NCBI GenBank assembly: GCA_904063045.1
Contig: CAJFCJ010000020.1
Coordinates: 186,001-250,000 of the forward strand
Direction of reading: 5' to 3'
Length of the DNA: 64,000 nt
Origin: Dimorphilus gyrociliatus
Lineage: Eukaryota; Animalia; Annelida
Below the pieces are notes generated by a model, which saw only the letters and a list, made by a program, of their open reading frames with translations, searched no databases and was not told the DNA's origin. Shown piece after piece: positions 49,995 to 63,900 of the stretch. Every line of letters begins with the position of its first letter. Within the stretch, counting starts at the first letter, position 1. The position numbers were made by a program, and so were the translations under genes.

Positions 49995-52381
49995 TTTTAT
50001 CTACATAAATTACCTCTCCCTCTTTTCTCATCACTTCGTGTAATATAAAAAAACAGCAGGAAATGTAATAAGAATCAATGATTACTTATTAATAGGAGCT
50101 GGGGACAAACATGGTTACCGCTTCAACTTTAATTAAAGCAGGGTTTAATTAACGTATTACGGCAAAGGAGTGTAAACGTCTCTGTAAAATAGTTTGCACA
50201 AGCAGAAATCGGACATCTGTTGCCTGTTTACAAAAGCAAGTAAAATTGTTTTTCTAAATATTCCCCCACCATGCAATTCGAACGTATTTGTTAGTAAATC
50301 TAGAAAGAGAAATGTCATTTTATACTATGCACAATCCATTAAAGAGTTGTATATACAGGGTTGGACGTAAATCAATGTTTCGAATACAACAACTAAAGAC
50401 AGCAATTTCAGTGACTTCCGCTTTTTAAATGAACTTCAATTTACGACCGTCTGTGTAGGTCTGGTCGCTTTGTTTACAAGCTGAAAAAATCTGATTACCG
50501 ACCATCAGTTGCAGCCGTGCAATGCACCTGTCCCCATTGCCGTGTCTGCGGGCTATTGCACACTTTATTTTTATTTCTGAAACGGCTTTGCTTTTATTTT
50601 CATAGCGGCTATAACGTTTGGTCAAATGCCAAATCCTTGCGCATACATATCCGCGCCTATTGTACCCTCTACTGTTGTTTTCTCCCTTGGTGGTAAGAGG
50701 AGAAGGATGCTATTTAACGATTTGTCGTATCAGCAGATGGCGCTTCTTTTATCAAATAATAAAAAAGTAACAGACTCAACTTTTTATATCTTTTATCCCT
50801 TACACCCTTATACGGTGTCGTTGTGAGAATACAAATTTACAAAAGAAAAATTGCTTTCTAACACGTAATTTTATTCAAAGTGAACAAGAAGAAACTCTCT
50901 AAACTATTTAAGTAAGTTTTAGCGTCTTTGTTTTCCGTGACTCTTGCTTCCTTTCTTGTTTTTCCATTATTAATGGAAAAGATTTGGGTCATAGTCATAG
51001 GGGTGAGAGGTAGAATATGAGGAAGAAATGCGGCATAAAGGATAATGTTGACTGGTCGCCGACCTTATTAAATTGATGGCATTCGAATGTTAAGAAGTAT
51101 TCGAACGTGACTGTTGAAGTAGCAAAGTCCCAATTGAACTAAATGCAAGTTCTCTTTTCGAGCTTATTTCTAAGAATTTATTCCCTTCTTGTCTTATTAT
51201 GTCAAATTTATCCATGTCCGTTCAGGTTTTGTAGATTTACTCCTAGATTTCTGCTTTCCGCCTTCTTCTTTAATCTATCGGTTCCTCTTCTTAGAAAAAA
51301 CACAAGCTACATAATTAATTATAATGACGATAGATATCTATACTTTGATGTTCAATAATGAAAGAACGATCACAGATTTGCAGACCAAATAATATTAAAG
51401 TTGATGAAATTTATTATTAGATTATAGGAAAACAGAACAAGTTATATATATAGTATATTTATCTCCTATAAGATAATATCAAAGAGATATGTATCATTTC
51501 TTTAAATAAGTGACCTTAAAGAAGCATCTGAAAAAAATGCGATAATATAAAAACTAATAAACTTCAATATAACATGAAGATAATACATCTATATGTAATA
51601 CACGCTATATTACTAGTATTATTATACATATATGTATGTATATAGTACAATAGAGTATGTAAATTAGCAATCATATGAACTCATAATTTTTATTTAATAT
51701 GCAATCTGTTATATGTATATATATACTGTATAGTGCATATATGCAATATATATATATATATATATATATTTACTGTATATAGCTTACATGTGTATTGTGC
51801 ATGCATATTTATTACAATATGCCTACAATTTCCAAAAACTATAACTTCATAAACGAGTTGTATACTTACTTATCTATTCGATATAAGTTGCTCTGATTAA
51901 CCTTCATATGTAGCCTTGCTTCATACAAAAAATGAATCCAATAACAATAGCTTGCCCTAACGCAGTCTGAATACGAAACTAATTTGTAAGAGATATATAA
52001 GTGATGTATCTCCTACCATCTATATACTGTATACAGTATATCGTATACTATATACAGTATATACTGTATATATATATATATATATATATATCTTATATTT
52101 TCTCTATATATACCTCTTAATATAACTCTTCGCCGTCAAAATTAGAAAAATTGTCTGCTTGGATGATTATACAAAAGTACAGTTCTGCCCTTATTTTGTC
52201 AAACTGATGCCGTCCCTGGTATTTATGAAAAAAGTGTCTTTCCTTTCTAATTTCGTTTTCCTTGTCATTTGTTGGCTTTTTTGTCTCTGAATTAGAAATT
52301 AGACGGCGCAAAGAACATCACTAGGTGTCGTCGTCGGAACATTTTAACATTAAGGCGCTCGAAATTCTGTCGGGCGCAAAT

Positions 52382-53410
52382 ATGCTGAAAAACGAATCGG
52401 TTCCGCTAAGCAGCGACGATTCCTCAATCGAATGTCTCATTAAACGCGTTAATCTTCTCTTGGCTATAATTGCAATTGTGGTGCATTTCTTCTGCGCATG
52501 CGCATTTCTGGGTAAAAAGTTTAAGAAAGTCGCCGGAGTGAATTTCCTGATTGCTTTAAGTTCATCGATACAGTTGGTTTTTGCGTGTTATTTGATAAAT
52601 TGGATTACAGCAAACACTGGACTCAAGCTAACAGGCCAAAAGTTTGTTTGTCATATGCACGTCCTCATCGAAAAATCAGCATTATTTCTCTCAGTTTGGT
52701 TCTCAGTATGTTCATGTGTCGAAAGAGCAATCGCTTTGTCTTTTTATGACAGAAGTAGGAATTATTGTAGTAGCTCAAAGGTGAAAATTACTATATTTCT
52801 CTTATCTACCTTTGCATTAGTTATAAATTTAAATATTACAACAACCTTCGAATTACTTTTCTCAAAAAGTGCTAAAAGATACTTCTGCGTACAAGATATT
52901 GATCGTAATGTCGAGTATACTTTGGAATTCCTTCATCTAATATTCAATATTCTACTACCATACACCATTAGAATACTCTTAATAATTCTCCTCATTAAGA
53001 CTCTGCATAAGCACTCGAACACGTTACAAAGTCTTGATCCACAATTAACTGTTAGTATTTCAGACTTAGAACTTACCAGAAGTGTTTGCTGGTCAACTAT
53101 TTTTCACTTGTTTTTTGTTGCACCTAATCATTTTTTAAGAATACTTGCTTTTACTCCGAAATTTGATTTAATACGGCGTAAAAGGTATTTGCAAGGTTCC
53201 TTCTACACACTATTCATATTCAGTTTCTCGTCCCACCTCTTTTTTTATTTCTTGTTTATGAAAGCATTCAGGAAGAGCCTTAGAAGATTGTTTGTTAACT
53301 TGATTACGCTAAAAACGTGTCGTTGCCGAAAGAAAAAGCTAGTAAACAGTGATGGCTCGCTAATAGAAGACGCTAGAGTTATCAATTTAGAGAAAACAAC
53401 AGCTTTCTGA
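52382..53410 (+). CDS. Class A (rhodopsin-like) GPCR, divergent peptide-receptor-like orphan, ~342 aa, intronless
   Basis: Seven hydrophobic segments; TM3 VCHMHV...SVWFSVCSCVERAIAL; ECL2 Cys (RYFC); TM5 LLPY; TM6 P; basic helix 8 KAFRKSL. First ATG at 52382 (the ORF track starts at GTG 52325). Confidence 0.88.
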   Translation: MLKNESVPLSSDDSSIECLIKRVNLLLAIIAIVVHFFCACAFLGKKFKKVAGVNFLIALSSSIQLVFACYLINWITANTGLKLTGQKFVCHMHVLIEKSALFLSVWFSVCSCVERAIALSFYDRSRNYCSSSKVKITIFLLSTFALVINLNITTTFELLFSKSAKRYFCVQDIDRNVEYTLEFLHLIFNILLPYTIRILLIILLIKTLHKHSNTLQSLDPQLTVSISDLELTRSVCWSTIFHLFFVAPNHFLRILAFTPKFDLIRRKRYLQGSFYTLFIFSFSSHLFFYFLFMKAFRKSLRRLFVNLITLKTCRCRKKKLVNSDGSLIEDARVINLEKTTAF

Positions 53411-56400
53411 AAGATTACTACTGGAAATTGGATATGTTCCCATTATATCGTGATCTTTATTGTTTATTTAAATATTTTTTATTGGGCTTATCAAATTATT
53501 AATGGTAACAAAACAACTCTGCATTTCTTATACTGTATATAAATTGTATGAATTGTTTAATTAAATGGGTGCTTTGTTTTATTCTAAGTAAGAATAAAAA
53601 TATATTATTGCTCTTTCTAGAATTCAAAAGAAGGCAAAAGCGTGAAAGAAAAAATGTATCATCTTCTCTTCACTCTTGAAGGATTTTATACTATATACTT
53701 TTCTTCATCTTTCATCTTTGTAGTCTAACAATGTAAAGTCCTTTCCATACTATTTATCTACACTTTGAAATATGACAATTAAAATTATTATTTCTTTTTT
53801 CTAATAATTTATTTATAGAAACCTAAATGTGACCAAAGACCGAATAAAAATAACTTTGATCTTATAACTCCGCATTTGTATGCCCGGTTAGCAGCGTTTA
53901 TCCAACGCAATCTACCTAGATAGAATAAACTTTTTCTTCTCTTTTATCCCTTTCCTTTCCTAACGAAAATGGAAAACGAGATGAAGGGATTTTTTTCCTA
54001 TTAATAAACAGACTATATATATATATATATGTATATATATTTATATTCTTGATAAAACATACTTAATAATAACCTTCTCAATTCCTAGATAAAATAAAAA
54101 TAAAATAAAGCCAATTTTCATTTAAATAATGTCATTTGTTCCAGATATATAAATAATAAAGAGGTGTTTTTCTTTTAAAGGAGATTTGACTGTAATCTTT
54201 GGAATTAAAATTTTAAGAGGAAAACAAATTCGCTAAGGGATTAAATTTTCTCATAAAGACTAGCACTTGATCACTTTTGCAGGGTTATATGAATTTTCCA
54301 AGCTTTCACATTTTCTTAGATTATTCCTTCTATGGAATGGTGTTTCTTTTCCGCCTACAGCTCTTCCAACACATTATTTATTTATATATATACTGTATAA
54401 CTATATATATATATATCTATATACTGTATATGTATTACGTAAAAAAAATATAGCACATTTCCTATGAAACAAATATACATCAAAGTTTTGTATGAAAACA
54501 TAGGGGATTTCTATATGAAGCTTTATGATCAGATATATGAGGATTCGTGACTATGTCTCCTTTTTATGTAATGTGTACATTTTGTAATATATGTATGTAT
54601 AGCATATTTATAAAGTATATATGTAATTTATAAGAAGAAAAATTCTATGGCATGTGAAATAATTACGCCTACCTTGTGAGCAATTCATCTTATATCTCTT
54701 ATCGTTAATTCATAAATAACATACAAATCAGAGTGTTTTGTGGATACGGTAGTTTCATCTCTATAAAAATAGAATAAGAAACGTTCTAAATGTAGTCTTG
54801 GTGTATTATACTTGGAACGTCTTTATTAGTATGTGTTAAAAATACAACGTATCATTTGCTTCGTTCGATTCGGCATTCATATGAATAAAAAGATGCTCTA
54901 TTCTGCTTTTCGATGTCATATTCTCATGCCTCATTGACGTCATATTGCGTGTTTACTTATTTCATCGATCGACTAGATTTTTACAATATCAAAAAGAAAA
55001 TAAATAATAAAAAACAATCACGAGAAAATATTTTTAGATTTTATTAAAAGAGAGTAGAACAATTGATTTTATGAAAAACATTTTTCGTAATAGACCAAAA
55101 TATTCTAGTATGTAAATCTTTTCTCACTCGACAATTTCTTTTTGATATCGGCTTGTCTGGTGAAATGGACTTGGAGATGACGATAGCTAATTAACAACTG
55201 ATGCCATAAGGTAAGTATTAAGTAAAAGGTGAAGAAGTTTCGATTTAACTTGGCTTATTGAAGCCGGTTTATTTCCTTTTTCTGGTTAAATCATTTTGTC
55301 TTAATAATCTAATTCGTATACAATTTTAGTATGACATTTCTTTATATAATAGAGGAAAATAGCCTCCAGTTTTTTTCTTTTCATTTTCACCCTCTAGAAT
55401 ATCAAAATTATTTTAATAATGTAAAAACAAGATATTTATCTCAACACTACGGTTTCGAATGAATATATGAAGAATCGACTAACGAAATCAATATACCAAC
55501 TATAGATAATTTTTCCTTGCTGGATCATTGAACTTGCAGACAACTTTTTACAACTCAACAACTCCTGTATAGAGTCTGTCAAGTGGAATTTCTTTCTAGT
55601 CCAAAGCATACACCTGCTATTTTTATCTTTCCCTTGTAGACTTTATTGAAGCAATAATTATTCAATTAGATATAATTCCGATCGGCTATGGAAAACGAAG
55701 GTATATAATTTTTTAAACATAAAAACGTAGTAATTTTTTAATGTTATACCACTTTCGCGGGGATTATATGTTAAAGAGAAAGGTGCTTATTAATTCAATT
55801 ACTCTAACTTTCTCATTAATAAAGAGAAATATAACAATATTTATGAGAGTGTGGCTTGTAAACGCCATTTTAAAACCTTTTACCATTGATGATTCCAGAA
55901 GTGGAATTTAAGAAAACGATCATCTCGAGTGAAATAAGCTTTTCTCTAAATGCAACAAAAGCCTATTCTAGACTCTTGATGTAATCTAAATAATAAAAAA
56001 AAAAGACTGTTTTACCAAGAAACTACATTCAATTACCTAATGACGTCAACAACTTTCTTATTTTACTATTCAATAAATAGAAATTTTTGCCTCTCTATTC
56101 TTGATTTAATGAAAAATCTTTAATAAAATAGTCTAATATAAAAAATTAACTTTATCTATAATAAAAAATGAAAAAAAGAGAAACAATAAAACAAATTACA
56201 TATATAAATAATACAGAAATTAATTAAAAAAATAGATAAATTCGAATAGAAATATATTTTTTCTGAAAACAGAAGCTAGATGCAGCTGTGTAATATTGAT
56301 TAATAATTCTTTAAATTAATATAGGAGCTAATAAATCTTGCGATAGATAGATAGAAAGATCGTTTTATATAGTGTATCTTTTAAACAATAGACAATATTA

Positions 56401-58928
56401 CGCAATATATATTGTTTATACAAAAGGTGATGTACCTGTACGAATATATCTAAATAGAGGAATGGAACACAAAAGAAATATATTGTATATACTGTATATT
56501 TTTTATATAGTTTTTATTGGTGAACAAAGAATGTTACCGATATTAATTACTGTTTTTTATCACAATTTCTTTTATTGTCTCTGGAAAAAATATTATTGAC
56601 CGCATTAAATTTATGGAATAATTTATTAAGTTAACTAATACCTGATATGGATACTCATTATGTCATGAGAAGCTAGTCGTCTAAAATGACTGTAGTTGTA
56701 TTGGTCTGATGAAGATATTTTATCTATGCCATAGGCCAGTGGATGGACGTCACGTTTCGACATACTATATTTTACCAATGAGGCTAATTAAATTCTAATT
56801 TTAGCCGAAATATTTAAATAAAAACGCCCCTATTCTATGTCGATATTTTTGTGAATTTTTACTCGGTGATGTATTTAATTCAATTACTTTTTAATGATTG
56901 TTCTAAACGATCTATCCTATAAATAAGACAAAAATTTACAATGATTGACATTAAGACCTCTTAAGGTACCTAAATACTTATTAAGAGTCCCTTAAAACGG
57001 CAATAATATTCTATAAAAGATAAAAATCTGACATATTATATTTAAGATATATAATACAATCTACAGACACTTTCGTACGAATATGTATATATATATTTAT
57101 ATATTAGTATTTATATTTATGAATATATAAATATAAATATATTTTCTATATTTAGATAAAGATTCGTGTTTTTGTTTATATATCGTTATAAGATATACAT
57201 AACACCATATATACTACTTTGGTTGTTAACAATAAAATAAATTTAGGTCAGATAATATATTTTTAGACCATATAAAATATACGCAAATTAAAAGATATTC
57301 TCGGAGTTACTAATTCCCAAGGGCATAAGGATGCATTATAAATTGGGCAGGTATTAAGTTTCTAATATCACACTGCATTACCTATCTACTTTGCATAGTA
57401 TAGTCATCGATAACTTTTGCTTCTATCATTAGCAAATTTTCTGCCAAATAAGCTTTTTGCAGTTAAACAGAGACACATTTTTTTATTCATTTAGAGAAAT
57501 GAGAGCAAGTCTATTATTATAAAATTTACTTATAATTTACAATATATCTCATATTTACAAACCAGTATTTAATGTTGTGTATTACTTGAAATAGATTGAT
57601 CAGTATATGTATACATAATAAATGAAACTAGCCTTAGTTTGTAATGAACGCTAATTAGGACATTAAAGAAGAGTAAATTTTATTCTTTTTATTTCTATTG
57701 GATGCTAGACAGACGGTTTAAAATAGACTATTTCCGAATAGCTTTTAGTTTAGGGCTATATTCTATAAACGTAGGATCTTTCCTTCTTGAGGCGCTTCTT
57801 GATTATTTTCCTATACCTCATTTTCTTACTTTATGGCAATCTCTTTTTCTTAATTACAATCGCTTTTATTAATGATTCCCAACTCTCATTATTAGCCTGC
57901 AATATGGCATAATCAATAAGTGGCTAGTAATAATTATAAGCTTTTTAATAAGGAAATATAGAAAATTGATAATTATTTAGAATAGAAGGTTATAATTAAT
58001 TAATTTGTTGTTGATTTTTGATACCTTACAGCTGTTTAATTGTTTGATGCGTTTGTTCAACTTCCCTCTCAATATATCCCTGTAACTTTTTTCACTAATA
58101 TTTTTTACTGCTTTTCCCTCTGCCACCTATTTTTCCATCTGGACGGCGTACGTTTACAGTTGTATTTAGGAATTGATGCTACCTTCCTTATCTGCTGTAT
58201 GTCGGTATTATTTTCTCTATCCCTTCTTCTTCATATAAACAGAGCAGTTACTAGAAATAGGATGTGAAAGTCTTAATCAGCGCCTGCTGTAGCCTTTGTA
58301 GGAAAGGTTTTTTTATCAATCTCCTTTGATATTTGCTACTACCCTAACAATATCAGTACTAAATTCTCATAAAAAAACACAACTCCTGTTAAAAACATGC
58401 TGACCTGTTTCTCTGTAAGAGAAGCGTTTAAAAGCAGAATATATCTACTTTATTGAATTAATTAGTTCGCCAATTAACACACCCTCCGTACTAATTACTA
58501 ACTAGGGTCGAGATATTTAATTAAATTCCTCTTAGGATGAATAAGAACAATAGTTATTCCGAAATTTCAACAAATGCGTATAAAAATATATTTTAATCTA
58601 TATGCAGAATATGGCCGGAAGCTTCCTTAAATTAGTCAATTTCATGCTGTAGATGGCGTGAAATTCAATGGAAAATAAAGCAATTCTTTTACTAACAGTT
58701 ATGGTTAGTATCAAGATAATAAACGATGATAGAGGTTTATTCCTTTATGGAGGGTAGTTAATAAATCGTTCTTTCTGTTGCCGTTGTGCCCTGTTTTAAA
58801 AGGGGTTTTCGGTAAAATTACCCTGCTCTATATACATATACATATATCCTGCATAAATATCGTATTAAATTATATTATACTATATTATATAAATATATAT
58901 ATATATTCTTTCTATATATATATAATAT

Positions 58929-58970
<42 letters not shown>

Positions 58971-60918
58971 TATAGAGAGAGAGAGAGAGAGAGACAGTGG
59001 ATTAATATACTGTAGATAGAAAATCCTCTCTTCACAATATTTTGATCAAGCTGCAGTTCGTTTCTCTCAATTATAAAGTAATAAAGTGATAAAATTAGAA
59101 TCAATATATCCACTCTTCAGTCAATGTGAAAAGAATGCCACTTATTAGACTTTTCACTATGGAAATCAAAGCTTAAATTCCTTTTAGGAGGGACAAGGAC
59201 ACTTTTTAGATTTCGAATCAATAGTCAACAAATAAACGCATACAAAATTTATGTAATATGATTTATTACGTGCTCTTTTTAGAGCTTTAGGAATTAGAAA
59301 CAATCACTTCGATAAATAATTTTATCAGTTTTACCATTTCCATTCCGCTTCTTCTTTTAGTCTCCTTTCTTCGAGCTTTAATTTTAGATTTTTCTTTTTT
59401 CTTCAAGAGTAAATTATATAAAGACTTCAGGGTGAAATCATCTATCATGTAAGACGAAGAGAAATATGTTAAAAGAAAAAGAAGGGAGGAGAAAAGAAAA
59501 ATTGCCTTAGATTTTTTACCCTTATCTTATTGGCAAAAATGATTTTGGTATCAAAAAATTGATCTGGTTCGATATTTGCCTGGAAGATAAATTAAAATAA
59601 TTAGCCTACTACAACCCTTTCCATTTGCGTAATGACAAAAGTATTCAAGAGAAAATCTTTATTAATCTCTTGGCAATTACTTATTGGGCATTGTTAAAAT
59701 ACCGTATTAAGAAAATAGTCAGATATCTCAGTATATGTATAATCTAGTTGCTCTAAAAGGAGTATATAAATGGAAAACAAAAGAACGAAGACCCTCTTTG
59801 CTAAATTCCATTACATAGATCTCGCTGGGGGTTTTCATTCTATTTATTATGAAGAAAGAAGAGCAACAGTATATAAACACTAAATTACGTTTCGAGGATT
59901 CTATAAGGTATAGAATTTCTAAACGCCAAACTATGATTAGCTTGAAACGATAGGTAAATTATACTTGATAATAATTGCTTGAAATTATGTATATTTAATT
60001 CTTATAAACTGGCAATATTCATAGCAATTAAATAGAAGAAGATGACGTTCTTCATTAATGATTCGTAAGCAATTATCTCCATGATATTGTATTGATGGGT
60101 GATGAAGGTTTTTCATCATTACCTAATCTATCTAATCAATCTCTATTAATCAAAATTGCCTACTTTATACACTGACTAATAGAAATGCTCTCCACAAGAA
60201 AATCTCCCTCATAAAACAATCTCTTATTGCAAAAAAACAAGCGGCTTAGCCTTACTCTTACTAGTAATGCCATCAAGTTGACAACAAGGAAGTTAACAAA
60301 AAAATTTCACTCCACTTATAAGAAAAGGAGGTGGAGCCACTTGTACTTCTTTTAGACATAAAGAAATAATGTTACAAAGAGATTGCTATAAAAGATAAAA
60401 AAGAGAAAATAAAAAGAGAACTCACGCCTAAATTTATAAAAATAATATTTGTATATTCTCTTTTTATTCCTTTAAAAAAGGATTTTTTATCAAACGAGAC
60501 CTATTTAGCGTAAAGGATAGGGAATATATATTTAAATTGAGCAAAGAAAATCATCCCTTAATCTTTTTTCCGTATATTAGATTTATTTAGGAGTTTTTTT
60601 CTATAAGTCATCCAACTACTTAATAAAGTAGCTTGTAGAATGGAGCATGTACTTTAAAATAAACTATTCTTTGTTGTATACATTTAGAAGAATATAAACA
60701 TAAAAGAGGTGTAGATTGCGCGATTTGAATTCAGTATGTTTCATTCATAATCAATCCGGATATTATTAAAAAGGTTCAATAGGTCTAAAAATAAATTCAT
60801 TTACTCTATCGATATTTTCAGTGGCTTACTCAACCTTCAACCTCACCTGTCAATATTGGCATCATCACTCCTTAGCCTTCCAGAATATACGCAAGATTTT
60901 TCATTCGAATAGGAAATA

Positions 60919-60962
60919 GAGAGAGAGAGATAGAGAGAGATAGAGATAGAGAGAGAGGGAGG
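60919..60962 (+). repeat. (GA)n/(GAGATA)n microsatellite
   Basis: agagagagagatagagagagatagagatagagagagaggga read directly. Confidence 0.8.
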
Positions 60963-63900
60963 GACATCGATTGACTTCATTTAATCATTTTATTAAATCT
61001 AAAAAAAAACGATAATTATTGCGATTGTATAGAGAGAAAAAAGGAAAATATAATGTTATTTATAATTACTAACTATCAAAACATTTTCAAACAAACACCC
61101 TTTAATTTAGTTTTAAAAGAGAAGGGAAGTTGAAAGGTCATTATACAGGATTAGAATTTAAGAAAAGTAATGAAAGAGAAATGAGACGGGTGGTTAATTT
61201 ACAATTATACCTTTGACGATTGAATTCATTCAAAAAAGATCTTTTTTCTTCCTATTCTTTAACTAAGTTAAAAACAAATTGTCCCTTTTACAACGATCTA
61301 AAATCGTAATCGGCTTTAAAAGTTAAACGCTTTAATTGTTCCCCGGCTTTACCCTATGTTTTTTAGCATCTACCTCAACATAATGAATAACTTGATAATG
61401 TTTCTATTCGATCTTTTTCATCTATTCTACTTAAAATCAATCAACCGTTTCCAATTACGTTATATAATTATTCTACAGGAAAAACTTTGAATTCTATTTC
61501 CTTGAATAGCTATGTAAAAAAAGATTACTCATAAAAAAAGAGAGAATTCCATTTAAAAGTCTTAAAAGTTTGAATGGGAAAAAAATCAGCGACATTTAAT
61601 AACAAAAATATTTAATCTATATTTAAAGATGATAAACGTCTTAAAATTTTCATAACAAAGAAATGTTCCACAAAAGCTATAAAAGATAATAATATGTTTT
61701 CATAAAGAATTCACTTGTCAACAGAATTTCCATACTAGTCTTTAATAATAAAACTAAATAAAGATCTAATAAAAAAAATTGATTTCAACTATCTTCAACG
61801 TCAAAGTCATTCTTAAAGGGTAAGGAAAATTAGTGTAGTAGCGATAAAGAACGATAGAGGGTGAAAAGAGAAAATAGATGGAAGAATGATAACGACAAAA
61901 CAGTCAGAAGGAGGTAAAGGAGGGGAGGGACGGAGGAGGAGGAGTAACAGGACGAAATGAACAAAAATGAAAGGTTAAAGTTAATTTTACATCATTAAAG
62001 TTATATAATGTTATTATCTGTGCATATGACGTTTCTACCTCCCACTTTTGATACTAAGTTCCTTTAATTGTTGAATTACGTAAAAAATTGCACTTAAATC
62101 TCAGCATTCGATAGACAGTGTTCGTATAGAAGAGTTTTTGTTTAACAATAGATTAAATACTTAATAGGATAAAAAATAAATAAGTAGAAAGAGAATTTCT
62201 ATTTACATTTTCCGAGAAAAGAAAGAAAATGTATTAATAAAAATTTTTAATTAAAAGTCTTTCCCTTTGTCTATTCACCAAACTTTTTCGCTACATTAAC
62301 AGATTGTAAATGATTATGTAATTATTCTAAAAAATAAAGCTGAGAGGTTACGCAACGTAATTCATTTTATAAGTAGCATTAGGAAGTAGGATATAAATTA
62401 CGGTTAGTTGAATTAGATCTAACAATCTAATATATTTAGAAATTACCAATAATAACAAGAGAAATAATTTCATAATTAATTAAATATTATTAATTAATCA
62501 TTTAATGAATGGGATAAAGAATTAATCAGTATTAAAAGGCGTACTTTATTCAAGAGATTCTGTTATTAATAAAAAATAAATCTATTATACATTCAGCAGT
62601 TTTTTAGCTTTTGTTCCTGAAGATTAATATCGGTATTACCTTTTTTCATATATCAATGCGAAAAATTAACAATAGTCAATGAATATTGAATGAAAATTCG
62701 TCATAAAATAGAAGGATTTCTAACCATTCACCTTAACAATGTTTTACCCCTTCTTACATATTCTACCGTGAAAGATAAACAGGTAAGAAAATTCTCTTTT
62801 TATTTATATTGATGTTCAATGAAACAACTTCCGGTTAAGAAAAGAAAGCTTTAATAGTCAAAATATCTAGTTTTGGTGTCTATTTATATCTTTGTATAGA
62901 AAATCAGGATACTTGCCATTAAAGGCTGGAAATAAATATATAAATGGTGTTTTGGAAAAAGATCAGAAAAGTTGGCTCTTAATTTGTTTCGTTTAAATGA
63001 GCCTTATTCATAGAAGAATCAATAAGTCTCTTTATTCAGTTTTCACCTTCATTAATATCGTTGAAGAGACAATCTTCTACTTTTCCGGTTTAAGAAACTC
63101 TTGAACTAGACTCATTCAAAACTACAATAGAATGAAAATTACAATGTTTTTACCTTTTGTTAATTAGAGGCTTTTTCATACGGTTTACGTAATTCACCAC
63201 CTATGATGATGAACTAAATCAATCAAAAGTAAAACCTAAAAAACATAGATGACGCCACCGTTGAGCTTTTTCCAGCGATTTACTAAATCCATTCTTAAAC
63301 TAAATCAAAAAGTCGAGCAGAAAGACTAAAAAATTGTTTGTTCAACACCTTTTCTCACTCGACCGTATAATAGCGTTAATGTAAATAAACAAATAATAAA
63401 AGAATTACGTCATTTAGTCAACAAACAGTCTGTAAAAGGGTTCACGCCAACTAAATTAGCCAATATAGCGCAGTCATCAACAATTTAGAGATGTTTGACC
63501 TACACTCGATCTAAACTTAATTCGTTTAATAGGAATAGACTGTAAGTTATTGGAACAAAAAACGTCAACGCTTTGCATTCTTAAATACTCTAGAAATTCG
63601 AGTGCTATTACGCAACAATGCTCTTTACTATACGACAATCGAGCGTTGTCTAACCTTTTATTGCAGACAATTAGAAAGAAAATTGCTCCGTTATATCTAT
63701 ACAGAAAATATACATTTGCGTAAAGTGTACATGACATCTAAATTGGCTGGGAAAAATACAAGATGCGCATGCGTAAATGGCCAATTATACGATCTGATAA
63801 TTATCTCATTATTCCGCCTCAAGTGTAATGATCCGTTGAGATTTGTGTGTACAAACTACGTTAATCGCCTCTAATCAATTTGATAAATTCAATAAAAACA

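Noticed and set aside
50508-50562. GC-rich imperfect inverted repeat containing TATTGCAC/GTGCATTG (miR-92 or miR-33-like seeds)
   Set aside because: Similarity stops at the seed, and only ~6-7 bp pair contiguously, which is too weak for a pre-miRNA.
52117-52311. Minus-strand 64-aa ORF just upstream of the GPCR
   Set aside because: It has a TTG start and no motif, and is more likely the GPCR 5' region read antisense.
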